Below, one piece after another: positions 25,501-40,500 of a stretch of DNA of 64,000 nucleotides. The DNA is from Podarcis erhardii (lineage: Eukaryota): the NCBI GenBank assembly GCA_964252035.1, contig OZ176200.1. One strand, given 5' to 3'. How positions within the stretch are numbered: position 1 is the stretch's first letter; each line of letters begins with the position of its first letter. Both the position numbers and the translations under genes were made by a program. Under the pieces are notes generated by a model. The model worked only from the letters and a program-made list of their open reading frames with translations. It was not told the origin of the DNA and did not search any database.

Positions 25501-28500
25501 AGCTTTGGTGTTGTTACAGGAGTAGGAGTTGTTACAGGAAGAGTAGTTGGTGTTGTTGTGTGCGTAGTCCCAGGTGTCGATGCAGTAATGCCACATGGTT
25601 CAAAGCTACAACACTGGATTTTGATTTGATAATTGTGGCAGCTCATTGGATGCTGATCCTTGTTGTAACAGATTAGCCCCACTGTTTTACTGCATTCTAC
25701 TTTCTGGCCCAGTTCACTTAGTGGGGTATTGGGAAATTTCTCAGCTCTGCAGGCAACGGCCCTTGGAGCTCTGCAGACTTTATATCCTTCTGCTCGTAGT
25801 TTTTCAAAAGTATCAAAATCTCCATCATCATCTCCAGAGCCAGGCTGGCTCACATCATACCACTGTGACCACCGGCATACTTCCTGAACACAAACTGATG
25901 TTGTTACAGGCACTGTGAGGGTAAAAAGATAAAATGGCACATTAGTATTTTCATGCTTATTTAAACTTTTAAATGTTAAGCATGTACAGTAGAAGCTGTG
26001 TGTAAGAAGGAAGTTTCCTTGAGGCTCTTCTAGACTGCCACCATTTCCAGGCGGGATTCAGTCACATACCAGCAAATTCATTTGGTGCAATTAATTTGGT
26101 GCTCTTGAGCAACAAACTCACTCCCTTCTAAAACTGAGTTACTTGCAAATGAGACTGGGAAATGCCCTGGAAAAGGGTGGGATAACATTGGCTCGAAACC
26201 ATGTTATCTAACCTCCCTGGCAAACAAATCAGAATGGATGCTCAAGAAACAGGTGGTTTGGAAGCAACCTTTGAGGGTTTAACTAAATCAGTTCATCTGA
26301 GCCATCTGGACTGAACCAATCCATTGGACCCCTCTGGAACTAGTTGCTGAGTAACACAGGCTTTTAAATATCTCTATTTCCTTTTGTAAGAACAAAATGT
26401 AAAATCAGAATGTTCGAGTGAGGAAATGAGAAGGAAAACTGATATGGGCTGCTGGGACTGGAGCTCCTCAGAGACCTGAATCAAGAAACTGGGTAGCAGC
26501 TGATTGAGATGGGAGGAAAACTGAATGAAGCACATATGAGATGGGTGGGAGCACTATGAATAAACAGGGTACTGCAAGTTGCCCAGAAATTAGTCAAGGA
26601 GAACCTGGAGTGAAGCACCTCCATTTTTTCTCCTCAGCTCTTTGGGAGATTGGAAACACATCACAGGAGGGACCACAGCTTATTGGCTTACTTAAAAGTA
26701 TCCTATATACATTTACTTACAAGTAGTTCTTCACACCAGTAAAAAATGCTTATTGTTTTCTAAAGCATTTCATTGAAAGATTTAAACTACAGAGGCACAG
26801 GTCATATTTTGCATTGCTGGAGCTGGAGAGGTAGCCCTCTCATCCGGGCTTCCCAGAAAACACCCATCCCTTCCTAGATTGATTGGAATGGCTGGTATTC
26901 ATTTCCACCAGCTCAGAAAATGCTAAGGGTAAAAACGCCCATGCAGTACCATTCCAGGAGTACCATTCCAGGAGGCAGTACTATGTCTCCGCCATAGCAA
27001 TGTACCATACAGCTATGCAAAAGGTGGTAAAGAAACTACAGAAATCCACAGACAACGTTGCAGGGTAATGCTCTTGAAATTTATACTCTACTACAATCTG
27101 CTAATTCCAATGTGCTGGAGATGGGTTTCACTGAACAGGGTAGGGAGGGAGTGAACCATATGACTGCACTATCATCAGAGTTTTTACCTGCAGTAGTGGT
27201 TGCTGGTGAAGAGGTACTGGAAAAGTTAAAGACGGTAGTGGTTGGTGCAGTGGTGGTGGTGGTGGTTGTGGTGGGTGTTGTTGTGCATGGGAAGATATTC
27301 CTCTCTATTGTTCCATTCTTACTGCAAGTTGCAGTGATGCACCCTCCAATGCCATCTGTTGTGTTGTAGATGACATCCCCCGGCTTGCTAATCTTCCCTT
27401 CATAGATGCAGTGGCATTCTGTCATTCAAAAGAAATTGTCAGCATTAAACTTCTTAAAATGTAAAAGGCTGTTCCAAATCACTCACAATTCATATTAAAA
27501 CTTAGCACTGAGAACATACCAAGTTCATCGTATCGACACTCTGGTTTGCCAGCCATGGAACAATAGCTAAAAGGAAAGAAAACACATTTGAAGGTAGTTA
27601 ATTTTCTTTAGTGAGCAAAGAAGACACTAACAGCCCTCCTTATATTAGTTGTTGGCATCCGTCTGCCTCAAGAGACAATGGAGTGTACCCTCAGGGGCAT
27701 ATACAACCAGTATAAAAGAATTTCTATGGAGGTGAAATTCTGAATAAACTACTACACTTGGATTGAGAAAGCAATTTTAGGCTTTGACTCTAATTGGTTT
27801 TACTCATTTACTCAGAACTAAATTCCATGACATCCAGTAGCAGATTGTGATCTACAATCTACCACATTGAACATCTGTGGTAGATCACTGTTAGATCACA
27901 GGCTCCCCCTAAAGAAGCTCCCCTAAAGAAAGCGTTCCTCCTCCCTAAAAAAGCTCAACAACTTAGACTAGAACCCCCCAAAAGGTGGTAGATCACTTCC
28001 GGTTTCTAACTCTGAGAGTAGATCACAGTCTCTCGGGAGTTGGCCACCCCGGCAGTAGAGCTTCCATTTTCCAGGTGAGTGTGTGAAAGACTGCATCTTA
28101 CTTGCTGTTGGAAGGAAGTTCCATTGAAATAAATGGACTGCACTTCAAAGTAAATGGAATTAAAATTGAATCATTTATCTTTTTGGTTCCACAGGGAACA
28201 TCCAATGATTAACTCTAATTTTCATTTTGTAAAAGCAGATACCCCCTTCCCCCCAACAATTGGTATATTGGCTGTTGTTTAGAAGGTGGGGCTAACTGAT
28301 GATTCCCAGGTAAGGTCCTCCCCCTATTGTGTGGGCAGGTGGTCCCTCCCCCTACTTGGCCTGATCACCTTGGCAACGCCTCCCCAGGCGGGATTGGGCA
28401 ACTGGCTGAGGTAGGCGGAGACCTCCAGGTATCCCACCTGGAGAAGGCGAAGCCAAGCCTGTGCTAATGGTGCCACATAGGGTCCAGGGGGCTGCGCGCG

Positions 28501-31500
28501 ACCACACAAAGGGCTTACTTAATGTGGGGAGCGGTCATTCCTAAAGCTGATTTGGTTGGTTATTCATTCTACTAATCAGCATGGACAATGGCTGTGTACA
28601 TAACAAACATTTAAAGCAAATCTCCCCCTGAAACAATCTTGGGAACTGTGGTTTACCCCCAGAACTAAAATTCCCAGCACACTTAACAAACTACAGATCC
28701 CACAAATCTTTGGGGTTGGGAATGTGCTTTCAATGTGCTTTCAATGTATGGTGTGTACACAGCCCTAAATATCAGAATCTGTCCCTATATAAAAGGAAGA
28801 AGCACAGCACGTAGGATAGCAGAGAATCCTCACCAGCACCTACAGAAGAGGAGAAACAAATTAGCTGAGTGAAAGTGAAGAAAAGAGCAGTAGTAATTTC
28901 ACTAGAGCCTTCAGGCAAACTTTCTTTCTACCGCAGTAGAAGTTCAAAAAGAGGTGGGCAGGAGAGAAGAATGGAACCCATATTATAATGTAGTAAGACA
29001 TGCTGGAGCAGATTAATCCTAAGGAGAACATTTCCAAACTTTGCCTTCTCAAACCTGTTTCTGCAGTATGCAATAGAGCATGCTATGCCTCTGCACAACT
29101 TTAAACAATTTTACATTCACATTCTCATCATTTGAAAGACAAGCATTACCATGATTCACAGCTCTTTTGTGAAGGCATTTTTTCTCCTGGTTTATAGTGG
29201 TTTCCTTTGCCATCAAAGCAGCCACATGCTGGAAGATCAACACACTGCATCTCATCTTCATCAAAATAGGGCTTATCAGCTGGACACTTTGGATAGCAGC
29301 CTGTGGTAAGAAAGAGAGCTTTTACCATACCCTGTACAAATGTTAGCCTTTAAGCTGTCACACCATAAACCAGGGATGAGGAACCTTTGGCCTCCATGCA
29401 TTGTTGGACTCAAGCTCCCATCAGTCATAGCCAGCATGGCCAAGGGTCAGGAATGATGGGAACTGTAGTTCAACAACATCTGGAGGGCCACAGGCTGCCC
29501 ATCCCTGCCATATCTTGATCTCAAGCAACTGTCATTTAGCAAGGCTGGGGCTCAGGAGAAGAGGCCATGGATGCAGAGGGAATCTCTTGACCAAAAGGAA
29601 GATTGACCTCAGAACCAGCTTTAGACATTCCTGCCTCCTTGGGTGTTCTAGGATCAAAGGAGCACATGATGCCTGCACCTCTCCACCTTGAAGAAGTTGC
29701 CTTGTCTTCCTCGAACTCTGGTCTCCAGCTTAGAGGCAAGAACTGAACCTTGGTCTCCCCCAAGCTTCCAAAGTGAATAGCACCTAGTGGCTGGGCCTCT
29801 TTTAACTGTAAGGGCTCTATGCATCAGGGAAGAAGTTAGCTTCCCAATCAAAGCAGCAATCCTACTTAAGGCTCAGTCCAGGATAGTTGGGTGCTGGAAC
29901 AACAGTCCAGCCTAGATTTCACTTGGAGCTAACTAGGGTTTTACTACTATGTTTATTTGCCCATCTGCCTTTTTGGACCCCAACCTCTGCTTTGCTTGAC
30001 TCTGTTTATCTGGACCTACTCTCTACTTTGCTGGAATGACCTCAGTGGAACCTGATCTGTGTTTTACTTTGCCTGACCCCAATCATCAGAATCTGACCTT
30101 GCCCAGCTGAAACCCAATCTCTGCTTGATCTGGCTTTGCTTCTGGATCCCAGACAGGGACCAGCAGTATGTGACCTTGAATTTTCTGTGTAGCACATGTA
30201 TCCACTGGGCTAGATCCTGTCCCCTTTACTGGGATAAAACAGTAACTTCCCTTTCCCTAAACCAAACTTCCCATATTCACAAAGCATCAAGCATTTCGTT
30301 TTGGGCAACCACAGTTTTTATAACAATTAATATAAAATGAAGCTTTTAAGTTTCCTGTAATCATCATTTGTAGGTCAAGGGTAAGGTCCACAATCCTTGT
30401 ACCTTCCAAGCCTTGTAACTCATGGAGGCATTTTCCACTTGGGTTTCTGCAAGTCTTCATACAAGGAGAGCCACAAGGCTGGTAGTGCCACTCACACTCC
30501 TCTTTTGGATTATAGTAATCACAGAACAGAGCTGCAAAAGGAGGAAAGGGTTTTTTTTAATGTTACTTTCAAGCAAAATGCATTAATTTCATAGAACTCA
30601 ATACCTATCCTTGCACTGTATGCCAGTCATTTCTCATTTCTATGTTCAGTGGTAAGCAATATTAGTTGCTTGTTTTTCCAGTGTCATTATTCACTTCACC
30701 AGTCAGGAGCACCATCAAATGAATTTTGTGAGCAGGGATGTCAGAAACAGACCCAGTTACCCTCCTGCTACATCTTCTCCCCAGCTGGCAGGAGGTAGGA
30801 TCAGAGATGCTGGACTGGGTGGATCACAGGTAGGATTGGGTGGTGAATGCTGGGCCTGGTGAATGGCTACACTTCCTCTGCCAAAATATAAAAGATCTAT
30901 GGTCTTCTAAATGTGTTACTGGTTTTTTTTTTTTGTTATTATGTATTCTGCATTTTTGTACTGTAAACCACCCTGTGACCTTAGGATGAAGGGCAGTATA
31001 TAAATTTAATAAAGAACAAGGCAGGCAACTAGTAGCAGCAGCAGTACTTGTTCCAGGGAAAGTCTTCCTATTTTCCTTGACCTCGTGGTCACAGGCAGCT
31101 ATGGATTGACAGCACGGGAGACAGTAAGGAGGGGATTGGACAGTAAGGAGGGGATATGCTGAGATTTAGCACATTCTGAAGACATTTAGCTCTTGCAAAG
31201 TTAGGATAAATTCAAATGTTCATGATATGAATGTGACAAGCAGGAATCATGTTGTGATCGCGTCACTGCATTCAAAATGAATGCAGAAATTGGATTACAA
31301 AAATATGCAAATGTTCAGCAATGCTCCAACCTACTGCATGCCATCCTACCACAACATTAGCCTAATTCTAGTTCTCACTAATCTATCTTTTTGTTATTAC
31401 TTTAAAAGGAATGGGCAGTACTCACGGCAGATGTTTGGAGTTCTCCAAGAAATGCAACTGCCAGCTTCGTTGCACGCCTGAGCATAGGCGGCTACAGCAG

Positions 31501-34500
31501 TACAGAAGCATTCACAGTCTCCCCCAGTGTCACAAGCACAGGCATCAGAGATGCAGGCTTCATAATATTTAGTTGGTTCAACCTGTTAGAGAAGGAATAC
31601 ACATGGTTTGATTTGTGGTTCAGTCTTAGCAGGTCAGAGAGGGAGGGTGCATTTTCTGTTGTTGTTTTCAATTACAGTTCTCGTTTCTCCAACAAAGTCA
31701 GCATGGAAAATTTGTGACATCAGTCATTGTTTTTATTTTCAAGTTGCACATTTTGTTATAGCAACAGAATTGCATGCAGAGGCAATTTGTTGTTAATAAT
31801 AAACATGAATGCTTCCGAAACGTCAAGTGGACGTGAAAAGGTTATGTATCATCTACCATTAGTAATTGTCAAGGAAGTAATTTGTCATTGAAGCAAAGGG
31901 TATTTTTATGCATCCACTGAGGAAAAAGAAAAATTGGTTGGCAACCCCCTAAATATTAATTATCTATTAAATGTGTTAATATCAGGCATTTACTGTGCTG
32001 GGGAGTCTAACCAATCTGGGGCTCACATTTAACTTTTTCTTATCTGAATTATTAGCTGACAGAATGACAACACATTTTTATGTTGCTCTTATGCAGTGGT
32101 TGGCGCAGCCTGTCCCAAGTGCAGGCACATCAAGTCTTAAGCTTGGAGCTGTTCAAGTGTCCTATACATTCTTTTAAAAATGCATTTGCCCATACCTGAG
32201 AGTGGCAGGAAGCAAACACTTTGCTGTTAATGATGCTACATTGCTTCTGGGCCCAAGAACTCCTATATGGGTTTGTAGAACAAGGATCTCTGCTGCCCGG
32301 GGCATCTGGGCAAGTGGGAGACACCTTCCAGCTGTTACCAAACTCCAGTACATCTCCTACAACAGACTGACTCCTGGTGGTGAAGTCGTTTATGTCATTG
32401 CCATCATAGTTTCCACAGAGGCCACAAACCTGACCCTGCAGAGAGACAAGTAAAAGTTAATGAGGAGTGGAAAATTTATTTTCCTGGGATTAGAGACCCT
32501 GCATTTTCAAAATGGAATAATACTTTGGTTATTTATAGTGACTGTCATACTTTGTGGGCTCTCCCACTCACGAGGACTTTTTACTTAATTTCTGCAGAGG
32601 AAGCTGATCAGCATATACATGCATGGATAGATTGACTGTCCCCATTACATGAACTGATAATTTCATGTGCTCAGAGACCCTATGTACACATCAAACACAT
32701 GCAGTACACTGAATTAGCACATCTATTTAAGCATAGCCTCATAACATATAAAGTATATCAAAAGTTATATTTTAGGCTTCTACAAGAACAACTGCTCTAA
32801 CAGTTGCTTTTTAGCAGAAAAAATGGCATAGCCTGATTCCCCACCCACTCTCAATATTTATTATTATAATTATTATTTAAAGAATAATTTCATTCAAAAA
32901 GATTCTTTAAAAAATACTGCTTACCATAATTACAAATAAAAAAGCAGAAACTTGAGTGATTTGTTTTTGCATCATTAGGGAGTCCTTGAGAGCAGAGGTG
33001 GTAATCTCCTTGGGTTTGATTCATTCACCCTTGGGTCAGCCCTCCTAAGGCTGCATCGCAGTGATGGATGGGACCAAAAGTAGATGCAGGCCCTGCACAT
33101 TCTCTCTCTCATACACAGGCACACAAGGGAATTATTACCACTCACTTTCCTGTGTATCAAATGATCAATTTGATGACCAGAGGAAGGGCAGTTTCCATCA
33201 CTATCGGGATGTTGTGCTCGTCCAATTTGGGATGGCCAGCATTTACATATGAATGTGAATGTCAACACTAACCATATTTTGGATATTGACAATCACAACA
33301 TATATTTTGCTGCATTATTATGAAAAAACAAACAAACCTTTATATACTATCACAGTGTTAACCAACATAGTGCCCTTAAGATGTTGTTGAACTACAACTC
33401 CCATCAACCCCAGGCAGCATGGGCAATGGTCAGGGATGATGTCAGGCATCATTTTGTCTATCACTGTCCTGTAACTGGTCCTGTGCGCATTGATCATGCA
33501 AGAAAAAATAGTTCTGCGGTAGAAATGATAGCTAGAATGTAAAGAGAGCCATGCTGGATCTGGCTGATACAGTCTAGCATTCTTTTCTCACAAGGGCCAT
33601 CCAGATGCCCATGGGAAGCCCACCATGAGATCACATAAAGAATAATTAATAGCAATTTCTGGAGTCATACTTCATCATAATATGAAGTTAGTACATTGTC
33701 TTGTACTTTGTTTTTAATGTGACCAGTTTCTCATTACTATCAATAGTTCTTCATACATACAGACAAAGAACCTATGTTAAACTGACTATGAAGAGGTCAA
33801 GTAAGGGGATTCATCTGATAAATCAACTGACTGGAATATTTAAATGCTAACATTAGCTCTTAATGTTTGTCCTTTTCAGAATTTCCTGGAAGAATGTTGT
33901 AGCACTTCTCTTTCATTACACACACACACCCCTATATAATCTGATCTGGCATCCTCAGCATACCTTAAATTCATCATTGAGTTTGATGAAGATACTGGTT
34001 TTCTTGTCCCACAACAGGACCAGTCCAGCTGTGGTGTCAATCACCATGTAGATTCCCATGTAGCGGACCTTGAATGGCACTTCACCTCCACCAGAAAGCC
34101 TCTGTACCACTGTAAATTTTTCATCAGCGAGTATCAGCTCATAGTTCTGAAAGATGAAAAGCAACAATAAGTTGTAATTCAGCAACTTCTCTTTCAAGTA
34201 ATTACAACTTATTACTAAACTGAAAACTATGGAGAGACCTGGTCTGAATAGAGATATTGGATTCTTGTCTCATTACACATGCTAAAGCTATTTTTGGTCA
34301 TCTGCATACTATCCTTTGCTTTTTCCTGTAGGACTAATTCCAGTCGTTAACAGTGTCAACAGGTTTACCATACCCATCGAGTCAATCACCCATCTCCTAC
34401 TACCCTTCTAAAAAACCCCACCCCACCTTCCCACTATATATAAGGGTCTTCTGTTTCAGTGTATCTGAAGAAGTGTGCATGCACACAAAAGCATATACCC

Positions 34501-37500
34501 AGAACAAACTTAGTTGGACTCTAAGGTGCTACTGGACAATTTTATTATTATTTTTTTATTTCGACTACATCAGACCAACACAGCTACCTACCTTTACAAC
34601 TTAGTTACTTTGCACTCCATGATTTCCCCATTTGTAGGTTTAATATAACCCAGTTATGTCCAGGTGCACAAGTCATATTTTGCGTTCATCTTGTGTGAAC
34701 CTACTTACCCCCATGAAGACTTTAATGGCTTTTGAGCAGGTTGTCCCGGTGGTGCCACAGGGGATGTTCTCCGTGATCACTCTGAAAGTCCCTGCATTTG
34801 AATTGTTTTTACTGCAATGATCCTGTGGAGAAGAGGGTTATATGGCGTTCATGAACACAGCTTGCCATATCAAGACTAAAGACTAAAGACTCTGCATTTC
34901 AAAAAAGCAAGTGCTTGGGGAGAAAAGTATTATACCTGGACCAGTGTGTATTCACAGTCTCCACTGAAGCTATAGCGTTTGCCATCAAAAGTGATGTAAT
35001 GACCATCTCCATAAACAGAGCATGTTGCCAGGCAGGGTTCATTGGAGCACTCCCACTTTCTGTTCTTACATGTACTGCACAGACAGAAATATGGTTAAAT
35101 TTCACAGTGGCAGGGTTTGTTTGACCCCCCCCCCCCATTTAGATGGAAGAGTTCAATACTTTTAGTTCAGCTTATAACAGGCGATACGTACCAAGTATTA
35201 CATTTCACCTTGATGCTGTCCCCTGGCTTGTATGTGGCTTCATTGTGAACGCATGGACACTCTTCAGCAGCTACACACCCACCTTGGCCATCGGACACCA
35301 ACTCCTTGGGACACATGCAGCCAGAGACGCACTGTGTGCTGTACTGTAACAGAAGATAAGGCAGCAAAAGATGTTACTTGACAAATCAATAGGTGAGAAA
35401 CAAAAGTGACTAAGCTACTAGACAGAGTGAAATCAGTATCTGTCTCCAGTGGTGCGTTACCAATGAAGAGTCAATTAATTAGCAAGCTATGCAAAACTGC
35501 TTCAAGTTTACTTTTTCAGAGGAGTTTAGGTGTGGAGAACTTTTCTTGAACTCTTTGAGAGAATGTTATTATAAATCACTAGATTGTGACTTGGTATATT
35601 GATACCCTTGATTTTTTAAAAAAATGTTGGGTGTCCCTTGATTTAAAAATAATGTTGGGCGTAAGAGTGATTCATAAGTCATAACATGGTGGTTAAACTG
35701 GTTTACCATGCCCTGCGCCTCCCTGTCTCTACCACTGAAGTACCTTCTGATGGGTTCTGTAGGCTAGCTTTCGTCATTGCCTCTGATCACCCATCAGCAT
35801 GACTCCTATTTTGTAACAGGAGACCATGATGAATGCTGAGCGGTGCTGACAGTTTCATAAATTCAGGAAAGAAGTGATAACTGCAATCATCATGGGAACA
35901 ATGTAATACATAAGTTGAACAGGTAATTTAGATAAGAAATGGTTACAATGTAGTCACACTTACGCATTCCATGTCAAGGGTCTGACAGCTCTTCTGACAC
36001 TCGGCTCCAGTGGCTCCTACTGTGGCATTAGTGCAGTCAAAGTAGACCATGGGAGCAAAACATTCTGATAGAAAGGAGAGCTAGATGAAATCTCAGTTTG
36101 AAATTAGACATTAATCACCAAAACAGTGAGTGTATGTCATGAAAACTAGTTCAGGGCACACCATTATCAACACCTCACTTAAAAACACACATAAAAGTCT
36201 TTGTACAATGACAACATTATACTTTCACTGCCAATTTTAAGACAGAGGATGGTGGCTATCTTGGCTATGGTGCTTAGCAGATAATAGAAACTTGCATCAC
36301 TCAAGGTTGTAAAACAACTCCACATCTGTACATTGGAGGGAGCCTATTGGATATTTTCAACCAATTTGCAGAGGAATCAAAGTCCAATTGAATATTTCAG
36401 TTTTACAAGGTCTCTGGAACTACTATTATCTTTTTCTGTGATTTGGCTTACCTGGTTGTGGTTTCACTTCTCCAATGCACTGAAGCTTTCCCTGTGTGCA
36501 AGTGCTGCAAGAGATGAAGAATGTTTCTTACTTAAAAATTGAACCAGTTTTATGAAGAGCAGTTGTTCTTGCCTGGCTAAAGGACAGCAACAACAAATCC
36601 TTCGTGGTGTGGAATGCTGAATTGTCACCTTGTGACCAAAAGGAAAATGTTTCCCTTAAAATAGCCTGTTAAAATGCTTTAAGAATTCCTCCTTGGTGGA
36701 TCTGGACTGGGGTGAGGCATTTTTATCAGGAGTGGACAGACCTCAGAGATCCACAGGGCACCTGTGGTGCTGTTGCCAGTCTCAAGTTCTCTCCTCACCC
36801 TCCACCAGCCATTACGAGAAAGCCCGTTTTTAACAGATGCAATAGTTTAATGGTGGGAGATATAGGATAGACAAAGGGAAGCACAAAGCATAGTTAAACT
36901 ATGGAATTAATTACCAGATAACATAGTGATGGTTCACAACTTGGAAGGCATTACAAGAGGATTAGACAAATTCATGGAGGACAAGGCCACCCACAGCTAC
37001 TAGTCATGATGTCTTTATATTGTCTCCAGTATTGCCTCTGAATAATGTTGCTAATGAGCATAAGCTGGGTTGCTATTGCATTCGTAAGTTGCTTGTGAGC
37101 TTTGCACAGGCTTTTGGTTGGCCCTTATGAGAATAAGATGTTGGACTAGGCTGGCCTTTGGTCTGATCCAGCTGGGCTCCTATATTTTTCTCACATAAAT
37201 AAGAAACTTTGGGGCATTTAGAAATGTGTCACAAAGGCACCTAATATCTAAGCACCAGGCATTACAAAATTAAATTGACTGAATCTTCCAAAAAACAAAA
37301 TTTAAAAAATCATAATTAAGGGCAGCTTAGAAGCATGGTTCTATGGAAGGAAATTTTGGCTATTCCCATCACCTCATAACAATGCTTATTTCAAACCATC
37401 ACTTACCATATGACACCATTTTCATGGATAACTTCTCCAGACAGTAGAGGAGTCCCTTTGTAGTAGCAGGGGCAGCTGGTAGCAGGTACACATTTGCCAC

Positions 37501-40500
37501 TCTCATCCATATACATCCCTTCTTCGCAGGTGCATCCATCCACGGAGGTAAACTTAATGTTGCAAGTGACATCAGGCTCACTCAGAGATCGGCAGGTGGG
37601 TTGGCAGGAAGTAATGTTGTAACGGTAAACCAGGGTTTTGGGACACATTTGGTATTTGGCTTGAGAGAGGGAAAAGAAAAGAAGTTGTTCCAGAGGTTAT
37701 CTAAGGGCTACTGTGGCTATAAATTACTAGACGTCGCAGGGTACAATGTATACTCAAAAACATTGGCTGTGTGTGTTTAGATGCATATCTGTATATCTAG
37801 ATGCTGGGCTCTAGTCCCAGAGGCTGGAGAAGCTTAGGATGTCTGCCTCACCATCCAGGTGTGATGGGATGTTCTGGGTACAGTGATGTATGCTGCTTTG
37901 TGCATAAAGACTGTATGAACGATTGCTTGGGTGCCTTGAATTAAATTTAACTTGCAGAAGGGAAGTTACTATCTTGTATAGGTTTATGAAAAGGAGCCTG
38001 TTCAAAACGTGACTGATCCATGTAATTTATTGGCCTTTGAATCAAGCTATGTGATTCCAGATTCATCTTTAAATCACAGCTTTGAAAACTACTCATTTGA
38101 TAGTTTGTGTGTTTTTCTATCTTTTCCAAAAAATATGTCTTTTACTCCTAATTTCTAATCCAGTGCTGTCACGAATTCTTTGGTGTAACTAGAGAGAGAA
38201 ACTAGCACATGCTCCATTATTCACATAAGACTGTAAGGTTTTTTGGTTGTGATTTGCCTCCCCATGGCAAACAATAACTTTATTTCCTTCTGAACTTTCT
38301 GCAGCTCCCGTAAGCCTCATCTGTATCTGCTCACCAGATTAAGACTTTCAGGAAACTACTGGCACCACTTTGGGGTTGTCACACAAACCAAGCATAGATG
38401 CTTCAAATTCCTTCAAAATCTTGTCCAGGGTAATTTTGAAACTACAGCTGCTACTAACTGGCAAAGATCGGGTCCACATAAAAACCACCTGCTTGAAATG
38501 AGTTGTTTTGATTCATCAGTATTTCAGGCTGTGGAGGAGATCAAAATTATCTTGAGAGGGAGCAAATTGAACCAGGTGGCCTTGTTCTGATGTGCAGTTG
38601 GGGAAATTCAAAATGGCAGCCAACAAAAAAAAGCTGCCTTCTTTGCCACTTACTAGCAGGCAGCAGTTGAATTTCTATAGAAAAAAACACACATCTACAG
38701 ATGAGCAGATGTTTCTCTCTAGCAGCTCATTTTATTTGAGAGATGCAGTGGCTGAAGCAGATGCATCAAAAATAAAGTCACAAAAATGAAGTGGTGTTCT
38801 AAACAACTGCAGTATATTTTTAAACCCAAAATGCCAAGACTACTTTTTAAAACATTTGGGTTTTTTTCTTCTTTTTTAAAAAGAATCAGTTATAATATGC
38901 ATTGTTACATTATGTATTATGCACCCTGCACCCTCCCCAAACCTGTTCTTGAGGGTTGGGGGAACTTCAAGAACACATTTAGGGGGTGTCCAGGCAGGGT
39001 GGGGAGAGAAAAGAGAAGAACTTTCCATCTTGCGCTGACAGAGATTCACTTAGCACCATGTTGGATACTTAAAGGTAAGCTCCATTAATTTCATTGAGAC
39101 TTACTACTAAGAAAACTTGCAAAATAATTCAGCGACACTGAAAAAAATCCAAAAAATGTTGGGGTGAATCATGGTTTGGAGTTCTATTTGAAACACTTTG
39201 ACAATCTCCTCTGGTCACTTGCTTTTTGGTTTACAAAATCCTCATAACTTACTACAGATGCTGGTTCTCCATCCGCTCAGCAGCACTCCCTTTGCAGCAC
39301 AGGCTCTGACATAGGAGGAAAGGGCAGCACACATACAGTCCTCACTCCTTTCACAATTGCAGGTATCAAACATACAGGTCTAGGGAGACAGAGAATAGCC
39401 ATTAATATTAACTCCCCCCCCCCTTCACGGACATTTGCTCTTAAACCTTCACATGAAGAACTCATCTATGAATTTAATCTAAAAATATGTCTTTATATTT
39501 CACACTGCTTGCTTTAAACTACTGAGGACCTGGGAGTTTCCTGAGAACCAGCTGCTTAAATGTTAACCTCTGTCTCAGAAGTTGGCAAACTACATGGCCA
39601 ACCACACAGAGTGGAATGAGGAGATGTTTATATTTAGTAGTGAAGCGAGAAATGAATATGTAGGATAACATGATATGGGGATTGATAATATACATTAATG
39701 ACAGAAAGTTTGGCAGAGAGTATACTGAAGCCCTGACATTGTTTATCCACTCTAACAGGTTTAATTCCCACCCCCAGGAGTTATGTTCAGATTCTCATTG
39801 GCACTTCAAAGAAAGAGAATGTACAAAGTACCGTGTGGAAAACAGTAGGATCTACTGCAGAGTGGCACTTCTGAAAGGGTCCATTGCTGTCCGTCAGCAG
39901 GCCGCACCAGTGCGAAGCATATTTTTCTGTACAAGACAAAGGGCAATGTGGTTTTATATATATTACTGCAGAGATGGGCAATGTGTTTCAGCCAAAGGAA
40001 CACATTCCCTTCTGTGCAGCCTCTCAGGGACCTTATGCCAGTGGTGGTCAGGGCAGAGCTAAAAACTTCACCTTTGTACAATAGTCTAGTTCCTTCAGAC
40101 TCATGCATCCCTCTATATCCACCACCCAAGCATGTAAGAATCACCATCAGAGTTTGAGAACCTATTCCAGCCAGTCAATGAGAGAAAATACTGTATTAGA
40201 ACTTGCTCTCATTGTTAACTGTATCTTTCTGCCTTCCTTCTGCATCATATAGTTGTGCTTGCTTGCTCAAGTCACGTATAATCTGCTTTAACCCGTCATC
40301 TTTTGTCTGTCATGCCATTTTTCTCTGCTGTCTTAATACACCATGATCTGGATAATGTGGAATAGTCTGCAATGATTGTTCCAGCTGTACAAAGCCTTTT
40401 TCTCTTACGGGGAGCCATTGTCATCTGAGAGCCAGTGTGGCATAGAGCAACAAACTATGACTTAGAGTGTGTGTGTTGGACTCACCCACCCAGCTTTTAA

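Noticed and set aside
28102-28142. Phase-compatible (2/1) open pseudo-exon in intron 28 ([13 protein letters not shown]) that could replace exon 29
   Set aside because: Lacks the two Cys needed for the E3 disulfide pattern, no similarity to exon 29, purine-interrupted acceptor; probably chance
36452-36504. Possible furin site at the D2-D' junction as in VWF
   Set aside because: Junction reads [11 protein letters not shown] with no RxxR motif
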